A stretch of DNA of 59,530 bases, filler included, from Diploschistes diacapsis (lineage: Eukaryota), in NCBI GenBank assembly GCA_023645945.1. It is 6 parts of 6 records of this genome, joined end to end, with 100 filler letters (N's around TTAATTAATTAA, not from the genome) between each part and the next. Parts side by side here need not be neighbours in the genome. Positions count along the whole stretch, not along the records: positions 18,551 to 47,192 come from JALAIB010000144.1; 5 more parts are not named here. The stretch is one strand, 5' to 3'. Positions 25,975 through 38,292 of this stretch are shown piece by piece (position 1 is the stretch's first letter; every line of letters starts with the position of its first letter). A model generated the notes under the pieces. It was not told where the DNA came from. It did not search any database and saw only the letters and a list, made by a program, of their open reading frames with translations. A program made the position numbers and the translations under genes.

Positions 25975-27126
25975 TCAATCCAACGCCTTCTCTTCCCCCA
26001 CAAAGACCCCCAATCCCGCATGCGCCTCTATCTGCGCGCGCCGCTGATAATCCATCGCGTGCAAGCCCCCAACGCACTGCTTCGGATCCTTCAGCACCTC
26101 GTTCGACCACGGATGCCAGTAACCCGCCTCGTTCAGTGTGTAATATCTCAGCTGTATTTCCAGCCCAAAGGCATCGTACGGCTCCTGCTTCTCCTCCGCC
26201 GCTTTTTCGCCGGGTCTCCTTTTCGCTTGCGGCTTCTTGAGGCCCGCGGGCTGCCATGTCGACACAGCAGGGACACCCAAAGTTGCATCGGCCCCTGCTT
26301 TGGCCGACGAGGCGCTGGTAGACGCCTTGCTCTTTAGTGAGCTGCCCATTAGGGTCTTGGTCTTAGCCAGCGCGCCAGCCTCGCTGGCGCCTGAGCGGGT
26401 CGCCGCGCGCTGCTTGAAGACGTTCTCGGCCTCCTTGGCAACACGCAGTACGTCTGCATTCGCGTTCATGATCTTGTCGACCACCTCCCGCCGGCCGGCT
26501 TCACGCTCTGCCAACTCCTCCTGCCGTTGTCGCACTGCTTCCGCGCGGGCAAGCTCGGAACGCTCCTGGCGCAGGCGTTCGTGCTCGGCTACTGCGTCCC
26601 GCTGCGCGGCTTCGGCATCGGCGTTGGTGGCGATGGTGTTTGCGTTCTCTTTTGAGTAGGCTTCGAGCTGCTTTTCGATCTTTTCAACGTCGCGGTTCTC
26701 GACGAGCGACATGATGATCTCCTCTTTCCACTCTTCGTAGTCGTTGTAGGCGCGTAGTGTTTCGAAGTCTGATTGTTGGTGGTTTAGGATCCTTGCTACC
26801 CGCGCGCGGATATCGCACTCGCGCTCGATGGCTAGGTCCTCGAAGCGGGGGATCTTGAAGCGTTGGGGTCGTAGGTACTTGCCGCAGCCAGCAATGGGGC
26901 AGTTGTTGGGGCCGTCGTGGAAGATACGTTTGATGCAGGAGTCGCACATTTTGTGGTAACATTCTGTGTTGACCTTGAATATCATATTTGGGTTGAGATA
27001 GGTGGAGGATTTGCAGACGGGGCAGATGGCTGGTAGGGAGGTGTCAGCAGGAGTGGTAAAGGTAAAACCTGGAAATGAGTAGAGCTTACAGCTTTGATCC
27101 CCTGGCCTGGCGCGACCGATAGCCAT
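25975..27126 (-). CDS. TFB3: TFIIH/CAK assembly factor Tfb3 (MAT1 homologue, RING finger); 60-bp intron 27030-27089
   Basis: ICPVCKSSTYLNP..F.VNTECYHKMCDSCIKRIF..GP..CP..GC.K.LR, FEDLAIERECDIR, FETLRAYNDYEE and GG....Y..RA..EA..GL. Intron has GTAAGC..CTGAC..CAG. Confidence 0.92.
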   Translation of the reverse strand: MAIGRARPGDQSCKLYSFPGFTFTTPADTSLPAICPVCKSSTYLNPNMIFKVNTECYHKMCDSCIKRIFHDGPNNCPIAGCGKYLRPQRFKIPRFEDLAIERECDIRARVARILNHQQSDFETLRAYNDYEEWKEEIIMSLVENRDVEKIEKQLEAYSKENANTIATNADAEAAQRDAVAEHERLRQERSELARAEAVRQRQEELAEREAGRREVVDKIMNANADVLRVAKEAENVFKQRAATRSGASEAGALAKTKTLMGSSLKSKASTSASSAKAGADATLGVPAVSTWQPAGLKKPQAKRRPGEKAAEEKQEPYDAFGLEIQLRYYTLNEAGYWHPWSNEVLKDPKQCVGGLHAMDYQRRAQIEAHAGLGVFVGEEKALD

Positions 27127-27957
27127 TTTCCCGTCTAACTTCGGGTTGGAACTTGGGAACGCAGAGTTTTACGTAGAGACGCGTCTTCGAGGGGGTGAAG
27201 GAAGCGATGATGATGCCGTTAGAGGAGAACCCATCGCCGTTGAGGGTCGCGTCGCAGCATCTGAGGGCACGGCGGCTGCGAGGCGAAGGTCGGGCGGGGT
27301 TAGTGGGCGGATTTAGTCAGTGAGGGCGATTTTTGGCCTCCAAAACCAGAATTGACAGCCCTTTTAGGATTAACTTACTTTTTTTTCTAGGCATTATGTC
27401 TAGTTAGAATTACACAGAATATCTCTTAGCTCTTGTCTTTTATTACCGAACCACTTTGAGCAATGAGGGACATTATATTGTATTTACAGTACTAGTTTGA
27501 CTGACTCTTTACTGCCGCTTATGGTGTACCTAACTACTTTTGGCACCTGACTGTAACACTGCAACTGATATCTTTAAAATACAGACACTAATACTGCGAT
27601 ATCCCCGGAAATAATGGCCAGCCTAGGTTTATTATTTTCAGGTGTGGATCTGGGATCTGGATCTGGTATAATAAATTGGGTATGGGATCCGGATCTGCCA
27701 TAACATTAATTATATATTAGCGATATCAAATTTGTCTGCGTATGGGCAACTGTATTGATTGAAAGAGCAAGCCATAAGCAGTAACTCCAGGCAACTACTC
27801 AAATGGACGACCCCAGGAATACTTCACTTCAGAGCTGTAAGATCACCCTGTACCATTTGCTTTACGCTTATGCAATTGCCTGATATCTCTTTTTATTGCT
27901 ATCCTCTAGAAGCGAGTTAAATGTGGAAGTCCTGAACGGTGCATCTGTTTTAGGCGC

Positions 27958-29677
27958 CTATCTCTGACCTCGTTTTGTGATTCTGAGGAAAAGAGGTTTA
28001 TGCTCGAAACCAAGCCATGCTTTCTGGTTCAACCATGCAGGATCCTTCACTGCCCAACCAATGTCAAAGTTCCAGAGTAATCTTGAAAGGACCAGTTTCG
28101 CTTGAACGGAGAACAGTCTAGCATCAAATGTCATTAGAAGGTGGTCAGTTGTCCTGGATATTATCAACTTACTTTGCGCCGATACAATTGCGTAGTCCGG
28201 TAGAGAAGGGTTGAAAAGCAACTTGATTGTCACTATCAAATCTCGTATCGTATCTCGGATCCTCTTGTGGCAGAAACCGCTCAGAATGGAAAACACGCGG
28301 TTCAAGCCAATGGTCTGGACAGTTTTGAATGACTTGCAAGTTGATGCCTATGATGGTCTATACACCGTGTCAATAAGGCTATCTCTTCTGGCATAACCGG
28401 AAATGCATCTACAGAGTGGCTCACCTTTCCAGGTACCATCTGACCGTGGATAACCCGTCCTTCTGGTGGTATTACTCGGGGTAATGCGATTGGAGTAGGA
28501 TGGTGAATCCGCAAGGTCTCTTTCAAGACAGCCTCGAGATATGGGAGACTTGAAGTGGAAGCCATGGTAATGTCGCGCTCCTCTCTAAAGTTGTTCCGGA
28601 TTTCCATAACAAGGTGCGTGAGTGTATGAGGGTTCTGCACCAGCAGGTACGTCATAGCAGTAAGGACAAGAGTCGTCAATTGAGAGCTGGCAATAATAAA
28701 TCCAAGGCAGTTTGTTAAGAGCTCGGTCTTGGTAATATATCTTTGTTTGCTTTCGTTCAATTTCTCTACTACAGATGTTATTATATCGGAACCAACTGCA
28801 GGTCCTGGGTCTTGTAGTCGGCGAGTAAGTCGTTCAAACCCTTTGTTCCAGTTCTCTTTCCGACGCTTCGCTGACAAACTGAATAGTAAACTTAGGAGAA
28901 TCTTATCAAGAGGTGGAAAGTGGACAAGAACATTCCGAAACGTGCTGTACTTTGCATGCACAGAGAAAGTCTCAATGTGAGACTGCTCATTGCCCTCTTC
29001 AAGACTATATTGTGGCTCTCCAGATGTTAGCTCTGAGATTATGTCAAAGGAGGCATATCCGTAGAGCTTTTGAATGTTGAGACTGCCGCCAGACGTCTTA
29101 GCATCTCGTCCAATTCTGGCCATGAGCTGACCAATATAGGACTCTATAATGGGCAACTGTTTCCGCAAAGCTTTATCCGAGAATGAATTAGCAAAAACAC
29201 CTCTCAAACGCCGATGTTCATCTCCCACTGCAGTGAAAAGCGAATTAGCGCCTTCCAGTGGTGGAGTTTGGCTTGATGGATCTTTCGGAAGTATAGGCTT
29301 CGAGGTATATATGTCATGCCAGGATTGAGGTACGATGGTTGAGAGCTCATTAGGCGCAATGCGAACAGTAGGTCCGTAACGCAAGTGCAGGTCGGAGACA
29401 GCTTGCCAAACATCCCCTTTGAGAAAATGCCAGGAGAGCGGAAGCCGTGAGCCGGCCCATAACTTGGGTCCTGGAACTTTGGCAAGAGGATGAAGAAAAG
29501 CTTGGTATACAGCGCTCGTTATGTATATCTGGTGATGAAAGTTAGTCAATTTTCTCGTCACAGATCTCTACTCGACCGATTGCTATTGCTTACTACAGAT
29601 AAGACAATGGCTCCAGCTGTTAAAGCTTCATTCCAAGCCACGAGCGGAAACTTCCAATATTGATCAGGCATCGGCAT
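27958..29677 (-). CDS. Cytochrome P450 of secondary-metabolism type, 3 introns, divergent from the PKS
   Basis: HPLAKVPGPKLW, YGPTVRIAPNELS, ETLR, HSERF and heme motif PFSTGLRNCIG. Atypical I-helix IIASSQLTT. Confidence 0.9.
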
Positions 29678-30106
29678 TGATACGGAAATCATGGGCGAAG
29701 GGAGATGGATTCCGGTGCATGCGGAAAGGGATGCTACTAGCTACAGGTTTATTGGAAATTCAGCTACCTGTGGCATGCAAAATAGAGCCTCAGTTGCCTC
29801 CGCCAACATTTTCAGGACATTGCCTCAACATTTTGCGATCCAGAACTTGGGATCAGAGCTTCCAGCAGTTAAGTCAGGGAAATGCCCGAAAAGTCTCCGA
29901 GTCCGAAGACATAAAGTACAAGGCTCGGCCCGAAAACCCTGTTGTGGACAATCCACAATAGAGAGTGCCGACACAAGATATTCAAGTCTCACAGCTTAAT
30001 TGACAATCTTGCGCTTTGGTATTGGCATAGTATGGTCTGTCAACAAGCCTCTAACATTGAGTATTCTTTAGAATCAAAAGGCAGAGGCACAAGCATTGGG
30101 TGAGCG

Positions 30107-33100
30107 ATGGCGCTGCATAACAGAGTATCGGTTGCATTCTTTGGACCCGCGAGCAGCCGACCAAGCCCAGACTACCTTGACCAAATCCGAAATAATATTA
30201 ACAAGAAACCGCTTTTACAACCATTAGCGGAAGAAATTGTCCGCCTCGAGGAGACTTGCCAGGCTTTTGCAGATAACAATAGGGACATTGCCTCACTCAA
30301 GCATGGTCCGCTTTATCTACAGATACTGAAATCTTGGATGCTAGGAGGACCTTCTGTACCAATCTCCGAAGCATCATCTGGCATCATAGCTCTCCCAGTA
30401 TTGATATTAATACACATTGTTCAATACTTGCAATTCTTGGAGCTTCAAGGCATCGACCACATTGACTTTTTGGGTCAGGTCCGCGAATTGGGCGGCATTC
30501 AAGGAAATTGCGGTGGCCTATATGCAGCTTGCGCAGTAGCTTGTGCAAGAAGCGAGACGGAGGTCGTTAAGAATGCCACTACGTTCTTGCATTTCGTGGT
30601 TGGGGTAGGAGCCTATGGTGAAATAGGAGATGATTCAACAATACCCGGCACATCATCTGTCGTTGTACGCTTGAAACGAGAAAGTCAAGCTGAGGAGCTT
30701 ATTGCGGCATTTCCCAATGTAAGTGGTACACGAAAATGCTTATAAGGTTCGGTCCAGCAAAAGAAGGCTTATATCAGACAACAGACCTATATCTCCAACA
30801 CTATGGATCCAAAAACGGTTAACATCGCAGGACCTATACATGTTATAGATCAGCTACAAGCATCGGCAAAAAAGGACGGTTTACCGGTACATAGTATTCA
30901 TGTTCGAGGCAAACTCCACACAGCAGACAATACGGATCTAGTGCAAGAGATGTATGAGATATGCAACCAAATCCCTTCCATTGATTTTCCTGATGCAAGT
31001 CGTCTTCAAGTGGCATTTAGGTCAAACGAGAATGGGGATCGCATTATCCATGGCTCAGTGGCAGATGAATTTATACGCGTAACTTTAACTGGCCGTTGCA
31101 ACTGGTACGCACTTGTGAGCAAAGTTGTTGAAGACCTTGTCAAAAGCAAGAAGGCATCGCACGCAATTGCAAATTTTGGTATTGGAGACACTGTACCGAA
31201 AGCACCCTTCCATAGAAGTCGACTCAAATTCGAGACAGTCGACGCACAAGAGTCAATTGCGAGATACGCTCCGTCGTTTAGACCGACTGCTGTTGACAGC
31301 ACATATACTTTTCCTGAAGACGCAATCGCTATCATTGGAGCTTCATGCCGTCTCCCTGGTGCCGATAATCTCGATGAATTAGGGGATCTTCTGGTACGCG
31401 GAGTAGATCGCCATTCCACACTTCCAAGCGATCGTTTCAACTTGAAGCAGAATCTTCGGGCTTTGGAAGCTCCTGACTTTATTTCAGAGCGAGGCTTCTT
31501 CGGCAATTTCCTTGACAGACTGGCTAGATTTGACAATGCATTTTTTAACGTGGGAAAGAAAGATGCGCCGTACATGGATCCTCAACAGCGCATTCTTCTC
31601 GAGCTTGCCTATGAGGCCATGGAGTCAAGCGGATATTTCCCCCGAAGATGCGAAACTGTGAAAGATATTGCATGCTTTATCGGAGCAGTCACCATGGAGT
31701 ATAGGGAAAATACGAACTGCCACCCTCTGAATGTGCGGACCATCGTCGGAACCTTCTTATCCTTCCTCAGTGGCAAAATAAGCCATTATTTTGGATGGAT
31801 GGGCCCCTCTGAAGTCATTGACACAGCCTGCTCTTCGTCGCTAGTGGCAATCTATCGAGGGTGCATGGCAATACAAAGACGAGAGTGTTCGACAGCTCTT
31901 GCAGGTGGAGTCAACGTCCTAGCTAGTATCGACAACTTCTTGAACTTAGCTAAGGGAGGATTCATCAGCCCGACCGGTCAGTGCAAGCCATTCGACGATG
32001 CTGCTGACGGATATTGCCGTTCTGAAGGAGGAGGCTTGGTGGTACTAAAGTCTTTAAAAGATGCCCTAAAGGATCGTGATCATATACTAGGAGTTATCCC
32101 TGGCATAGGAACGAAGCAAGCTGGTCAATCAGCGTCCATCTCAAGACCACACAAGCCGGCACAGAAAGATCTATTTGAGGATGTGCTCCGCCAATCAGGT
32201 CTGTCGTCAACCCACGTCTCGTATTGTGAGTCTCACGGGACCGGTACTCAAGCTGGCGATACCGTCGAGATACAGAGCATCCGTGAAGTCTTTGGTGGAC
32301 GAGAAAGATCGTCAGTCTTGAACATCGGATCTATTAAAGGCAATATCGGCCATAGCGAGGGAGCAGCAGGCGTCTCAGGGCTACTTAAGGTACTCGCTAT
32401 GATCAAAAGGGGGTTTGTGCCACCCTTGGTGAATCACAAGTCTTTGAATAAGAAGATTTCTCCACTTGAAGCCGACAACCTGAATATTCCCCTAGAGCCT
32501 CAGCAATGGAACGTGCCTTGGCGTGTGGCTTTTGTTAATAGCTACGGTGCTTCAGGATCGAATTGTGCGGCTCTCTGCACAGAAGCCCCGTGTCAACCAG
32601 CTCACGAGTACTACGATCATTATCCCAGCACAAGGAAACAGCGGGTCCCTATCATTATCAGTGCTGCGTCTGTGGAAGCTCTATCGGCTTACACCTCAGT
32701 CCTTGTGAGTATACCCATAAAGTACGTGTAACCCCTAACACCCTGTACAGGCATCTTATTTAACGCGGACAACTCCGAGGCCCTACATTGGAGACATTGC
32801 TTTGACGCTCAACAAGCTCAGGAAACGTCACGCCTATGCCACTGAGATAATGGTAGATGATACCGCTGATTTCATTGACTCCTTATCTAAGAAATGTGTT
32901 CCTTCGCTGTATCCTGTATCATCTCCCAAACGGGTCGTCCTTGTGTTCAGTGGCCAAGCAAAGCGGCACGTCGGTCTCGACCGCGCATTCTACGCATGCA
33001 GTGCCATCTTCAGGAAGCATCTTCATGCTTGTGATGAGATTATGAAGGATTTATATGACACTTCACTATTTCCTACTATATTTGAGACAAACCCTCTGCT

Positions 33101-36100
33101 TGATATCGTATCTTTGCAGGTCGGGCTATTCGCTACGCAATACGCTTGCGCACAGTGTTGGATCGAGTCTGGTGTCCAGATAGACGCTGTCTTAGGCCAT
33201 AGTATTGGCGAATTAGCTTCGTTTGCAGTATCTGATGTGCTATCCTTGATAGATAGTATCAAGCTCTGCGTTGGTCGTGCTCGATTGATTCAAAATAGTT
33301 GGGGTACAGAGTACGGCGCTATGCTTACCATATATGCAAGCCTTGACATTAGCAATCTTGTCATCGACCAGTTTCATCGCCATTCTAGAAGCGCCGGACA
33401 AGGGAACACTAACATTGAAATCGCATGTTACAACAGCGCGAAGGCACATGTGTTGGTTGGAACAGCTCAAGATATTGCAGGCATTGAGAATATGATAAGA
33501 TCTGAATCTCAATTTCAAGCGATTCAGACGCAACGACTGAATACGACTCATGGATACCATTCCGCATTGAGCGAATCGATTCTCGAAGATTTAGGGAAAC
33601 TGTCAGCTTCGTTAACATGGAATGAGCCTGCTGTGCTCTTGGAGAGCAGTACGCAAGAACGAATTCAGCCAATCACGGATAGCAGACCATCTGCTCATGT
33701 GCGCCGACCCGTATACTTCGCAGATGCGGTTCGTCGAATTGAGGACAATTTCGGCCCATGTGTATGGCTGGAAGCCGGGGTCGATACCGGTATCCTGTCT
33801 TTAGTTAAGCAGGCTGTTGAGGCTCCTGAAGCAAACTCATTCCACGCCCTAAATACAAAAGCTCATGGGGCAGTGGAAGAAGTTGTGCCGCAGGTGGTCC
33901 TCTCATTGTGGCGTCAGAATATCGTTTGCACAGATTGGAGTTCATCTAAACAAAAAAAGATTTGGCTACCGCCATATCAATTTCAAGGTTCCGACTTTTG
34001 GCTTCCGAACATTGATAGAGCTGCGGAAGCCTATGCTAAGCTTGCTAAAGGTCCTGATCCAGAAGCCAGCGCGCCAGACGCCCCCGAACAACCGAAAATG
34101 GTTGTACCCACGAACTCGCCTACTAGTGATGCGAGCTATCGATATTTCATCATCAATACTTCTAATGACCGCTTCCAGCAGGCTACTTTGGCTCATCCAG
34201 TCTGCAGGGTTCCCCTCTGTCCCGCTAGCATGTACTTGGAATGTGTAACCACAGCATTACAATTAATCAATCCTGATCTCGATCGCTCTTGTCTCATATT
34301 CGAAGACTTAAAAATTTAAGGCGTCGCTCTTGGCTGATCAAGCCAGATATGTCAACCTCAAGCTTGAGAAGCTTGAAGGACGACAAGCCTGGACCTTCAA
34401 GGTTGAATCTTCCACCAACCCTGAATCAATGACTACCAGCATGGAACATGCTTCTGGCATGATTGGTCTTGTACCTCACACTGACTTGACTGTATTTGAG
34501 AGGCTTACTTCTACTGAACTCCGAGTGTTCAAAGGTAGGCAAGATCTTGAGACGTTGCATTCCGGACTGGCGTACAGGATCTTCTCGAAGGTAGTCGATT
34601 ATGGGAACTTCTTCCGCGGTATACAGAGCATTTCGATGCATGACCGGCAAGCTTTTGCCAGCATCCAAACTCCAAAAGATCAATCACGTTGTGGTGAAGA
34701 CATTATGTTCCATCTCGATGCTGTAGCCGTCGATTCATTCATACAAACGGTAGGTCTGCTCGTCAACAGTAGTGATACTATCAGCTCGAAAGAAATTCTG
34801 ATAGCCGCATCCATCGATAAGGTACAGATAGCAAGGGGTGTCAAGATGGATAGTTCTACAACCTGGAGCGTCTACGCGAAGTATGGAATGACTGACAAGT
34901 CTCACGCTGTGGGCGATGTTTTCGTCTATACGAAAGAAGGATCGCTGGTCATGGTTTTTATCGGATGTCGCTTCATGATGGCCTCTATAGAGAGGATGGT
35001 CAAGCTTTTAGGCTCTACAACATTAGATCATGCCTCCCGCAGGCCCATCCAAACATCTTTGCCACAGCATGCGCGGGAAGACTGGATTGAAAGCTTGAAG
35101 CCATCTTCTCAAACCAATTCTGAAAGCTCTATCGCTTCAAGTCGTTCAGCAAGTTTAACCACACCACCTTCGGAAAGCGGTCCAAATCAGGAAAAAACCT
35201 TACGCGAACTGATCTCGGAATACACTGGGATGCCTCCTTCACAGATCCTTGCAGATACTGTCATTGCGGAACTAGGTGTTGATTCGCTGACAACGGTTGA
35301 AATGACCGAAGAGATTGCGACGCGATATAAAAAGAGCTTTTCCTTAGATATCATCAACACCATTACCTTCGGCGCTCTTCTTGGCTCACTTTCCCCGGAG
35401 GGCCTACCAAGCCGAAGACATGATCAGAATAATTCAAGGGCAGAAAAGTCGGCGCCACATACTTCTGCTAGATCCATTTCTGCAGATAACTCAGCCTCTG
35501 GTCTGAAACAACGACAAGCCCTGTCTGAGATACTCGATGAATATTGTGGAGCCTCAGGGTCCATTATTGAGCAGAACAAGACTGTCGGAGAATTAGGCAT
35601 AGATTCTCTTTCGATAGCCGAGATGAAGAATCGAATTCAAGAAACCTTTAATGTACATCTTTCGGACAACCTGTTCAATTTAGATTCGACAGCATCGATG
35701 TTTTCGACTCTATTTCGAAACCCATCTGAAGCCTTGTTCAAAACAGAGCGAGGATTTCACCAGGCAGCTGAACGAAACGGTCTTGCAAATTACTGGTCGA
35801 CAGTTGCTCCCATACAACAAGAACTTTCCGCAGCTTACATCCTAGAAGCCTATAAAGCCCTCGACAGCAAGGGCATTAACCTTAGTTCTGGGCATCGACT
35901 GGGTTTGGTTCCGTGTCTGCCCAAATACGATCGTCTCGCCAATCGATTCATGGAGATACTTGAAAGCGAGAACATCCTTTATCGAGATGATCAAGGCTTC
36001 CTCTGCACCGGCAAGATCCCTACGAGGATACCAGACGATTTGGTTAATGAGCTTATTGATAAATACCCGTGGCATGAAATAGAGGCTAGACTAATGGCCA

Positions 36101-38136
36101 TGACAGGGTCAAGAATCGCCGATTGTATAAGCGGTAAAACTGATCCGATGTCCTTGTTCTTTGGCAACGCGAAGGGTTCCAACATCATGGAAAGCTTCTA
36201 CAGCAAGGTGCCTTTACTTGCAACAATGACTGATCAGCTCGTTGAGCTCGTGCTTACGATCCTACTTGATGTTGCAGTTGATAGAGTTCCCGAATTAAAA
36301 ATACTCGAAATTGGTGCTGGCTCCGGAGGCACCTCGCAAGCGCTCGCAGAAGCGTTACTTACCATAGGGCTACCAGTCGAATACACTTTCACTGACATTG
36401 CTCCAAGACTGGTACAGAAAGTGAGGAAGCAGTTTGAGAGATACCCTTTTATGAAATTTGATGTTCTCGACATCGAGGCTCGTCAAACAAGGCCACAGAA
36501 GAGATATGATCTCGTGATTAGTACCAATTGTGTGCATGCAACCGCGAGCAGGCTAAGATCATTGGTGAATATCAAGAAGCTACTGAATGACAATGGTTTA
36601 GTGATTCTATCGGAAGGAGTTCGCGCCACCCCATGGTGCGACACTACTTTTGGTCTGCTAGATGGCTGGTGGAGTAGTCCGGACTATCCCATGCAGCCCG
36701 TGGAAGTGTGGATGTCTGATTTCAAAGCTGCTGGATACACTTCCTACATGCATTCCCAAGGCCTGACCCTAGAGTCAAATACCCAGTGTCTACTTCTAGG
36801 GTTGATTAGCAAGAAGCATGTATTACATAGGCCGGTTCCGGTCCCCAGGTGCATCAACCCTTTTAATAGGAAACATCGCCTCAAAACTTTCACTTATAAG
36901 ACAATAGATAACTTGGAGCTTTTGGCGGATGTTTACCTGCCTATTGAGCCCTCTACAGAAGCAATGCCCATTGGTAAGCCGTGACCTTTTGCAAAGATTT
37001 GGTTGTCTTAAAGAAATGCTTGTTCGACTAACATGTCTGTCTTAGCCCTAATGATCCATGGCGGTGCTTACATGACTCTCTCACGTAAAGCGATACGTCC
37101 AGCACAGACCTCTTTCCTCCTCTCCAACGGCATTCTACCAATCAGTATTGACCACCGCCTCTGTCCAGAGATTGACCTTATCGACGGTGCGATGACAGAT
37201 ATCCGCGATGCTGTTGGGTGGGCTACGAAAAACATTCCAGAACTCCTAATACCAGAAAGTGTGACTGTGGACCCGCAGAGAGTCGTAGTCATTGGTTGGT
37301 CAACAGGCGGCCATCTCGCGATGACAACTAGCTGGACCACCGTCGCCAGAGGGCTTCTGCCTCCATGCGCAATACTGAGTTTCTACGGTCCCTCCGACTT
37401 CGAATCCGATGGTAAGATAGGATTCATTTCGCAAGTGACTCTGTCGCGTACACTAATTATCGCTACACCACGCAGAACTTGACACCGTTCCTTCGCAAGA
37501 CTTGCCCAAGCGCACTCTACCTCTCCACCAAATCATCAGCTCTTTACCTCCAAAACCAGTAAGTCCCAGCACACCTAGAACGCAATACATGTCTAGGGAC
37601 TCCATTCCTTCCCCTCAAAGCTAATACACCTCGTCCCCTAGATCTCATCTCATCACGAACCCGCCCCTTCCTCCTCTAACAGCGACCGCTCCGCCCTCGG
37701 CATCCTCCGCCCGGGCATCCCCCGCTTCGAGCTAGTCCTCTCCCTATTCACCGAATCGTCCAGCGTCGGCCTCCCCTTCCTCCTAAACGGCCACCCGCGC
37801 ACCGCGCTTGCTGCCAGCACAAGCCCCACCCCAAGCGATGATGAGATCAAAGCCTGCTTGGAACGTCCTTCTGCTGCGCGAGTCGCGGCCATTAGCCCCC
37901 TTGCGCAAGTACTGAAGGGAATTTACAGAACCCCGACGTTTGTTATTCACAGCAAGGAGGACGAGATCGTGCCGTTTGCGACGGCGGAGAGGTTTGTAGG
38001 AGAGCTGAAGGAGAAGGGAGTAAGGTGTGGGCTGCTGGCGCTGGACGAGGTAAGGCACATACATGATATGGAGCTTCGTCCGGGAACGAGGGGGTGGGAA
38101 GAGCAGGTACAGCCGGGGTATCGGTTTTTTGTTTGA
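30107..38136 (+). CDS. Non-reducing polyketide synthase SAT-KS-AT-PT-ACP-ACP-CMeT-esterase (methylorsellinate-synthase type), with an apparent +1 frameshift at about 34310-34314
   Basis: SAT GNCGG; KS DTACSSS, HGTGT, GHSEG; AT GHSIG; PT HPVC..LCPASMY and DSFIQ; ACPs LGVDSL and LGIDSL; CMeT LEIGAGSGG and NCVHAT; esterase HGG, GWSTGG and HIHD. Introns at 30719-30784, 32705-32750 and three near the 3' end. Confidence 0.92.
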
Positions 38137-38292
38137 TGTGCTCGAGGAGAATGGATGGATCAGGCCGGATAAGGGGGGTGGTGGTGGATAATCAGGTTCA
38201 GGAAATTTGCCTCAAATGAAGGAAGAAAAAAAAAGAATGTGCCCCCAAACCCCACGTCCGGATACGCCAGCCTCTCCTCCTTGAATCAAAAC

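Larger units (their letters stand above)
24661..27553 (-). mobile_element. Dead Tc1/impala-like DNA transposon shell enclosing TFB3
   Basis: TA-CAGTGGGGTCCCAAAAGTAGTTAGGTA versus TA-CAGTCAGGTGCCAAAAGTAGTTAGGTA (24/27). Minus-strand transposase C-terminal relic LIQLMPKCIQAWIDA*GWQTKY at about 24802-24870. Possible N-terminus MPRKK at 27394. Confidence 0.75.

Noticed and set aside
25975..27126. TFB3 as a retrocopy
   Set aside because: It retains a canonical intron and flanking DNA, with no poly(A) tail.
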